Below, one piece after another: positions 57,106-64,000 of a DNA stretch of 64,000 nt. This stretch comes from Candidatus Spongiisociaceae bacterium (lineage in GTDB: Bacteria > Actinomycetota > Acidimicrobiia > Spongiisociales > Spongiisociaceae): contig OZ251578.1 in the NCBI GenBank assembly GCA_965243835.1, forward strand, positions 277,573 through 341,572, read 5' to 3'. Every line of letters begins with the position of its first letter. Position 1 is the stretch's first letter. The notes under the pieces were generated by a model, which was not told the DNA's origin, did no database searches, and saw only the letters and a program-made list of their open reading frames with translations. The position numbers and the translations under genes were made by a program.

Positions 57106-57663
57106 TCATGGAGGGCTTGGCGGGCGGCTCCGACTCCGCACATTCCGCGCACGCCGGGCCCGGGCGGGGCCCAGGGCCCCGGCGGCGATGTCCCCGCCCC
57201 GGTAGTTGGGGTTGTATTCCTCCAGGTCGGCGGGGGTCAGCACATTGCGGGCCAGCATCGCGTCGCCGAAGCCGGGCGCGTACCGCTCGATTTGCCCCTC
57301 GATCAGTTCCCACATCGCAGGACCCTCCCGGGACTCATCGCGATACCCGTTGGGAACCTGGGCGTACGCCCAGGTGGTGTGGCGCCCCGGCGGGGCCCGG
57401 CCGGGATCGAATAGGCTTTGCTGGCCGACCAGAACGAAGGGATGCCGCGCCGCCCGCCCCGCGGCTACGGAGCGCAGGGCGGCGTCTACCTCCCCGGCTT
57501 CGCCTCCCAGATGCACCACCCCCGCCCGATGGCATTCGGGAGCGGTCCACGGGATGGGCGCGGCCAAGGCGTAGTCCGCTTTGTAGCAAGAGGGTGACAA
57601 CGTTGCCGTTTTGCCGCCTCCCGCTCCTAGTTCAACACGAGGATGGGCGCCAGGTCCAGGCAA
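57106..57663 (-). pseudogene. Remnant (C-terminal ~185 aa) of a phytoene desaturase-family FAD oxidoreductase, lacking the N-terminal FAD-binding domain and with a corrupted 3' end
   Basis: DPGRAPPGRHTTWAYAQVP...IERYAPGFGDAMLARNVLTPADLEEYNPNYRGGDI matches the C-terminal block of the intact paralog at 32643-34217; no Rossmann N-terminus upstream. Confidence 0.45.
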
Positions 57664-57750
57664 ATAGGGGCGGCCGGTGGGACTCCGGGGGGTCCTGTTA
57701 TGCGACCACCCCCGTGTTCGCGCGGAACGGGTTGCCGGTTGAGCCCGGTC

Positions 57751-58836
57751 TCAGGCGACATCGGCGGCGGATGTTGCGACGGGCGGGTTCCGGCGGTCCG
57801 CCAGCCGGGGCGTAGCCTGCGGTGAAGGAGGCGGGTCGGCGCGCAATGCGGACACCGCATTCACCTTGCGTTGCAACACGTTGGTGCGGGTGGAGGTTAG
57901 AGCTCCAAAAGACTTGTTCAAGGCGTTCAAGTCTTTTTCCACTTTGTTCGCCGCTACAATGTAGAGGTCCCATTGTTGTTCAAATTCGGATACCGCCTTG
58001 ATAATTTCCTGTCCGTGGGCCACCATCTGGAACGCGTCCATAACACTGCGGATCATCATCAGAATCGGAAACAGGTTGGCGGGTGAACACAAAACTACCT
58101 TGCGGGTTTCCGTGTATCGCACCAGGGAATTCTTCTGTTGCAAGATGATGCCCCACACCGATTCCACCGGGATGAACAGCAACGTGAACCCCACCCCGTC
58201 CTCATCTTGAACGTATCCCCGCTTTGTTATCGTTTTGACATGGCGATCTACATCAGACATAAACCGTTTTAGATGTTGATCCGCCTCCGGTTTGGTTTCG
58301 GCTTCCGCGTAGCGGCGGTAGTTGTCCAGCGGGAATTTGACATCCATATGCAACACCTTACCCTCCGGTAGCAGGAAAGTGAAGTCGGGCTTTGTACCGT
58401 TGGCTATTTTTGCCTGCTTGCGGTAGTTGACCTCTTCCATCATCCCCGCCGCCCGGATTACGTCCTCCGCCATCCGCTCCCCCCAGAGTCCCCGGTTTCG
58501 GGAATCATCCAGCAGGTTCTGCAACTGGCCGGTAGCGGCGGTCAGGGCGTCGTTGCTTTTGGCCACCTCCGACAGCCGTTCCCCGGTTTTCCCGCCTTGT
58601 TCCGCCAAGTCTTTCATCAGGCCTTGCACCTTGTCCAGCGATTCGCGCATCTGTTCGCGAACCCCTTCCAGGCCGGTCGTCAGGCCGGCGCTCAAAGCCG
58701 CCAGCGGGTCCGGGGCCGGGATCGCCTCCGCCGCTTCCCTCCGCCGGTTGCGTTTCCGCAGGGCGCTTGCCGTCCACCAAACCGCCGGCGCAACCAGCAG
58801 GATAAAGAGCGCAATGCCGATAATGGTGGCATCCAT
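57751..58836 (-). CDS. rmuC: DNA recombination protein RmuC
   Basis: N-terminal TM helix, coiled-coil, C-terminal RmuC block (LLFIPVESVWG...VVLCSPANLFPILMMI). Confidence 0.8.
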   Translation of the reverse strand: MDATIIGIALFILLVAPAVWWTASALRKRNRRREAAEAIPAPDPLAALSAGLTTGLEGVREQMRESLDKVQGLMKDLAEQGGKTGERLSEVAKSNDALTAATGQLQNLLDDSRNRGLWGERMAEDVIRAAGMMEEVNYRKQAKIANGTKPDFTFLLPEGKVLHMDVKFPLDNYRRYAEAETKPEADQHLKRFMSDVDRHVKTITKRGYVQDEDGVGFTLLFIPVESVWGIILQQKNSLVRYTETRKVVLCSPANLFPILMMIRSVMDAFQMVAHGQEIIKAVSEFEQQWDLYIVAANKVEKDLNALNKSFGALTSTRTNVLQRKVNAVSALRADPPPSPQATPRLADRRNPPVATSAADVA

Positions 58837-59087
58837 AGTTGCATCCTCCTTTGCCAATCGGGGCATGTATTGCCGATGTAAGGCAGTGTAAAGAGGGGGT
58901 GTGACAAACGGACGGCTATTCCCGTAACAGCCCCCGTTCCATGGAGGTGACATCCCTTTCAGGTTTCATCACCGGGGCGGCTGTGCACTTAGGGACGATT
59001 TAGCGGAGCTCCGATTACCTAGGAGGGAGACGATCGCGGCCGCGTGGGTGCTGGATGATGTGGATGCGGCCCGGCCCGGCGCGCCGA

Positions 59088-59729
59088 TTACCCTAGGAGG
59101 GCGACGATCGCGGCGCCCAATATTAGGGCCGCCGCCATTAGAACCGTTAAGCCAAACACGGATAGGCATCCCCGTTTGGGGGAACCGGTTTGGTATTGAT
59201 AGCCTGGTCGCTCCCGTTTCGAATACTGTGATGTCGTGCTTTCGGATTCCAAATACCCTTTGATGCGGTCTGCGGCGGAGGAGGCTTTGGAATGTATTTC
59301 CTCCAACGCCGCGAGCAGATTGGGCGTTTCCCGGTCGGCGGTTGCCGCCATCATCTCAAAGTTATGACGCATTCCCTGCTTGGTAAGGTTGGCCGACCCC
59401 AACAAGACGGCGCTTTTTGTCCGACCCTTGACAATCCAAGCCTTAGCGTGGGCGATAGATTCCCCGCCCGCCGTGTTTTTGCTGTACCAGTTCAATACAT
59501 TGACATCCCGGCGGTCAAGGAACTCCAAGGCTGTTTCATTGTCTTCTTCCGTAGCCTTGTCGAAACGGAACCGTTTGGCTTCACCGATAATCAGCGTTAC
59601 GGGCCGGCCGATGGTGCGCTTATGCAACCAGGCCAACCCCCAGACGCTGGTGTATCCGGTCAGAACAAACAGGCGGCCATGCGGATGCTCATCCAGGAAC
59701 TTGATGATGCGGTCTTCAGCGTTGGGCAT
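59088..59729 (-). CDS. Phospholipase D-like (single HKD motif) nuclease-family protein with C-terminal TM anchor
   Basis: HKD motif HAKAWIVKGRTKSAVLLGSANLT; C-terminal LSVFGLTVLMAAALILGAAIVALLG. Confidence 0.6.
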   Translation of the reverse strand: MPNAEDRIIKFLDEHPHGRLFVLTGYTSVWGLAWLHKRTIGRPVTLIIGEAKRFRFDKATEEDNETALEFLDRRDVNVLNWYSKNTAGGESIAHAKAWIVKGRTKSAVLLGSANLTKQGMRHNFEMMAATADRETPNLLAALEEIHSKASSAADRIKGYLESESTTSQYSKRERPGYQYQTGSPKRGCLSVFGLTVLMAAALILGAAIVALLG

Positions 59730-59764
59730 ATGGCGTCCTTTCGGTTAGGGGAGTCGGGGAGATT

Positions 59765-60538
59765 TTAGCGGGCGGTCCAGCCGCCGTCCACGGGCAACAC
59801 CGTTCCGGTGATGTAACTGGCGGCGTCGGAGGCGAGGAACAAGGCCGCCCCTTGGATTTCACATAGCTCCCCCCACCGTTTCAAGGCCACATCCTGGTTT
59901 ATAACCCGCACTGCGTGCGGGGTGTGTTGATGGTCGATGTTGAGGGCGGTGAGGAAGGGGCCGGGGGCGATGGCGTTGACCAGTACGCCGGCGTCCGCCC
60001 ATTCCATGGCCAGGGCCCGGGTGAGTTGGATGATCGCCCCTTTGCTGGTGGTGTAGGCGGTGCGGTCGGCCACTCCCACCAGTCCGAAAGTGGAGGAAAT
60101 GTTTACGACCCTCCCCTGGCCGGATTTTTTGAGGTGCGGGGCGGCGGCTTTGCACATCGCCCACGCCCCGGTCAGGTTGACCGCCATGGAACGTTCAAAA
60201 TCGGCTCGGCTGATTTCGTCTATGGGGCCGCGCACGATGATGCCCGCGTTGTTGACCAGAATGTCAAGGCCGCCCAGTTCGTCCGCCGTCCGGGCGACCG
60301 CCCGGGTTGCGTCCTCGTCCAAACTCACATCTCCCGGAATGGCGATGACCGTCCCGCCGGTGGTTTCCCCGATCCGCCGGGCGGTGTCGCTCAGGGTTTG
60401 CGGGTTGCGGCTCATCACGGCCACGGACGCCCCCGCCCAAGACAGGGCTTCGGCGATCGCCTCCCCCAACCCTTGAGACCCCCCGGTAACCAAAGCCGCC
60501 CGCCCCGTCAGCCGAAACATTTCAAGAGGATTTTCCAA
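59765..60538 (-). CDS. SDR family oxidoreductase
   Basis: TGGSQGLGEAIAEAL, NNAG, catalytic YTTSKGA. Confidence 0.85.
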   Translation of the reverse strand: MENPLEMFRLTGRAALVTGGSQGLGEAIAEALSWAGASVAVMSRNPQTLSDTARRIGETTGGTVIAIPGDVSLDEDATRAVARTADELGGLDILVNNAGIIVRGPIDEISRADFERSMAVNLTGAWAMCKAAAPHLKKSGQGRVVNISSTFGLVGVADRTAYTTSKGAIIQLTRALAMEWADAGVLVNAIAPGPFLTALNIDHQHTPHAVRVINQDVALKRWGELCEIQGAALFLASDAASYITGTVLPVDGGWTAR

Positions 60539-60682
60539 ACCCGCCTCCCATTGCGATACGCCGTAGGCCGAACTCTACCCATTCCTGCCGCGTTTCCATA
60601 TAAGTATGGCAATTACCCAAACGCCAAGTAAGCCGCCGCCCCCCACAGGAACACAAAGAGGCGATGAACGAGAGCCCAAAGG

Positions 60683-63600
60683 GCCGCAATGAGGGAGGGG
60701 CGAATTCGCCCCTCGTAGGTACGATTATTTTTGGATATGGCATTCACCCGTTTCTGCCGCAATGAGGGAGGGGCGAATTCGCCCCTCGTAGGCCGGCGAT
60801 CCAGTCCGGGTTGGCGGCGGCGGCGGTGCCGCAATGAGGGAGGGGCGAATTCGCCCCTCGTAGGCCGAAGCCGAACGCCGATAATGACCCCCCAACGCCA
60901 GCCGCAATGAGGGAGGGGCGAATTCGCCCCTCGTAGCCAACCATAAGTTTTTGGTGTTGTCCTGGTCTTCCGGGCCGCAATGAGGGAGGGGCGAATTCGC
61001 CCCTCGTAGGGTAGACCCAAGACGCCGCCGCTACATCGTATACGAGCCGCAATGAGGGAGGGGCGAATTCGCCCCTCGTAGAACCGGTTCCCCGGGGTTC
61101 GCCGCCGGCGCGGGTCGGCCGCAATGAGGGAGGGGCGAATTCGCCCCTCGTAGGAATCTCGTCCGTGTCCGGTTCCACCGGGATCACCTGCCGCAATGAG
61201 GGAGGGGCGAATTCGCCCCTCGTAGCCTTACGAACTGCGTGAAATGGCCGAGCGGGGGAAGCCGCAATGAGGGAGGGGCGAATTCGCCCCTCGTAGTCGG
61301 GAATGCTCTTTCCGGCTCGTTCGGCTTCTTCCACGCCGCAATGAGGGAGGGGCGAATTCGCCCCTCGTAGCGCCCCCCCCGGCCTATCCCGCCCGAACCC
61401 CTACCCGGCCGCAATGAGGGAGGGGCGAATTCGCCCCTCGTAGTGCCATCATTGACGTGTTTGTCAACAAGGTAGAAATCAAGCCGCAATGAGGGAGGGG
61501 CGAATTCGCCCCTCGTAGTCCGCCCGTTAGAGGCTTCTACGCCGGCTTCTATCGCGCCGCAATGAGGGAGGGGCGAATTCGCCCCTCGTAGCCACAAGAA
61601 ATCACCCAACACCTGCCCCACACTTCCGGCCGCAATGAGGGAGGGGCGAATTCGCCCCTCGTAGCCGCCGGACGGGGGGGTGGTAGATTCTTGGTTGTCA
61701 TGCCGCAATGAGGGAGGGGCGAATTCGCCCCTCGTAGGGCCGGGTTTTATGATGTGTCTCCATAGCCAGAAGGCGCCGCAATGAGGGAGGGGCGAATTCG
61801 CCCCTCGTAGGGGGCATTGGGGGACGGCTTCTAGCCGATGGGGGACTGCCGCAATGAGGGAGGGGCGAATTCGCCCCTCGTAGGGATTTGCCGAGGCCTC
61901 CCCTAACCGGATACCAGCCGCCGCAATGAGGGAGGGGCGAATTCGCCCCTCGTAGCCTCCTCCGCGGCCTCTGCGGTAGGCCTGCGGGAGCGGGCCGCAA
62001 TGAGGGAGGGGCGAATTCGCCCCTCGTAGCCGGCGCATCAGCTCTGGGAAGGTGTCCGCCCTCGTGCCGCAATGAGGGAGGGGCGAATTCGCCCCTCGTA
62101 GGAAGACCCCATCACCTTCACCTGCCCATCCACAACCCGCCGCAATGAGGGAGGGGCGAATTCGCCCCTCGTAGTCTATAGGCTCAGCAATGAAGTTGTT
62201 AGTTCCTACGCAGCCGCAATGAGGGAGGGGCGAATTCGCCCCTCGTAGTAAGAAACCTCGTTCCCTTCCCCGCCGATAATATAGGGCCGCAATGAGGGAG
62301 GGGCGAATTCGCCCCTCGTAGACCCGGACGATCCGGGCGGGGGCAACCCTCCCCCGGTGCCGCAATGAGGGAGGGGCGAATTCGCCCCTCGTAGGCGGGC
62401 GGTAAAGCGAGCGGTGAGGGCTCCACGAACAAGCCGCAATGAGGGAGGGGCGAATTCGCCCCTCGTAGCTCCGCGTAATCCTTCGCGGCCGAATCGCATA
62501 GACGAGCCGCAATGAGGGAGGGGCGAATTCGCCCCTCGTAGAGACACTGGCCGGATTACCATCGCTGGCCTGGGCGGTGCCGCAATGAGGGAGGGGCGAA
62601 TTCGCCCCTCGTAGTGGCCTGATGGCCTGGCGATCTCGCCGATGTCGGCCTGCCGCAATGAGGGAGGGGCGAATTCGCCCCTCGTAGACGGGCGGGTAAG
62701 TTGCGTGATATTGGCTCTTTCGTTGCCGCAATGAGGGAGGGGCGAATTCGCCCCTCGTAGGCAAACCGGCTCCCCCCGGCGCCAACCAGTGAAAGGGCCG
62801 CAATGAGGGAGGGGCGAATTCGCCCCTCGTAGATTTGCGGGGCAAGCCACTCCGCCGCCGTGTCCGGGCTGCCGCAATGAGGGAGGGGCGAATTCGCCCC
62901 TCGTAGGGCCCCGATACACTGTCCGCCAGCTGCTCCTGGAGCCGGCCGCAATGAGGGAGGGGCGAATTCGCCCCTCGTAGGGTGGGGGCTTTGCCGGGGG
63001 AACAAATGGGACTATTCGGGCCGCAATGAGGGAGGGGCGAATTCGCCCCTCGTAGCGCCATCACCGCCATCACCGACCTACTCACCACCCTGCCGCAATG
63101 AGGGAGGGGCGAATTCGCCCCTCGTAGACGCCCTGGCCGAGAGCGCAGTGTCCTTGATGCCCGCGCCGCAATGAGGGAGGGGCGAATTCGCCCCTCGTAG
63201 GTTTTATAGTTCATTCTTGGCCTTCGTTCTTATCCAGGCCGCAATGAGGGAGGGGCGAATTCGCCCCTCGTAGGGGCTTGTCCGTCTTCGTCTATCGTCC
63301 CTTCCGGGTAGCCGCAATGAGGGAGGGGCGAATTCGCCCCTCGTAGGAGCAGAAGCGGAGGGGGCTGGGGGGGAGGGGGAGACGCCGCAATGAGGGAGGG
63401 GCGAATTCGCCCCTCGTAGTCACCGCCCCGCCAATCACCGCCCCCCGCCACCGCCCGCCGCAATGAGGGAGGGGCGAATTCGCCCCTCGTAGGCGCTGGA
63501 GCGAGGGAAGCGTATCCGGCCTCATATCCGGCCGCAATGAGGGAGGGGCGAATTCGCCCCTCGTAGTTCCGGGTCGGCGGCGACCCGGCGGGCGGCTTGG

Positions 63601-64000
63601 TCGCCGCAATGAGGGAGGGGCGAATTCGCCCCTCGTAGGGGTGGATCAGCCGCTGAACGAGTTGCTGGTGGACAGGCCGCAATGAGGGAGGGGCGAATTC
63701 GCCCCTCGTAGTCGGGGAGCATTGCGCTCCCCCCTCATTGAAGCGGTGCCGCAATGAGGGAGGGGCGAATTCGCCCCTCGTAGAACACATCCCCCGACAA
63801 CCCATACTCCTGGCTAACGTGCCGCAATGAGGGAGGGGCGAATTCGCCCCTCGTAGACGTCCTTTCTTGTTAGGGTTTTATTCCCCTCCGTTGGCCGCAA
63901 TGAGGGAGGGGCGAATTCGCCCCTCGTAGTAGGACCACCCTCGTTGCCGGGCCGCCTGGTTAGCGAGCCGCAATGAGGGAGGGGCGAATTCGCCCCTCGT
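60683..64000. CRISPR. CRISPR array: 36-bp repeat GCCGCAATGAGGGAGGGGCGAATTCGCCCCTCGTAG, 46 repeats (last truncated by the window end), 45 spacers of 34-41 bp
   Basis: Repeat starts located by eye at 60683, 60756, 60828, 60901, 60974 ... 63967, period about 73 bp; the repeat contains a perfect 16-nt palindrome GGGGCGAATTCGCCCC; no cas genes in the window. Confidence 0.95.

Noticed and set aside
60613-63805. Multiple minus-strand ORFs across 60.6-63.8 kb with reiterated RGEFAPPSLR / YEGRIRPSLIAA / LRGANSPLPHCG peptides
   Set aside because: These are translations of the CRISPR repeat in three frames. The periodic identical peptides give this away.

Overview
High-GC bacterial chromosome segment, most likely from an actinobacterium-like lineage. 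Supporting this: the tRNA-Tyr/Thr/Met - rpmG - fused HadAB-like dehydratase - tRNA-Trp - secE - nusG - rplK - rplA synteny, a MurA with Asp at the catalytic Cys position, and a type II glutamine synthetase. Core genes (ALDH, GSII, glcDEF, argS, a Liv-type ABC transporter, a LacI-regulated catabolic cluster, the translation cluster) are interrupted by lower-GC accessory islands. (i) A convergent N6-adenine methyltransferase / putative endonuclease pair at 3.6-5.8 kb. (ii) A 14.7-22.1 kb island with a tightly coupled three-gene operon: an HsdR_N-like nuclease, a DUF262/DUF1524 GmrSD-like Type IV enzyme, and a MurA homolog. All three proteins end in the same unrecognised ~85-aa bipartite module, with four tandem copies in the first gene. 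This is the best candidate for a new system. The island is flanked by two NYN-domain genes, palindromic repeats with compensatory changes, and degenerate copies of neighbouring host-gene fragments. (iii) A Type IIG-like fused endonuclease-methyltransferase at 54.1-57.1 kb, next to a decayed oxidoreductase pseudogene, rmuC and a single-HKD PLD-like protein. (iv) A CRISPR array (36-bp repeat, 46 repeats, 45 spacers) that runs off the window end with no cas genes in view. A tuf gene at 42.3-43.5 kb is recoded almost entirely with G/T-ending (NNK-like) codons, unlike every flanking gene. A SAM-I riboswitch and a recurring LacI-type operator motif (4 sites) are also visible. Nothing was computed or searched; all calls rest on motifs read from the sequence and the supplied ORF track.
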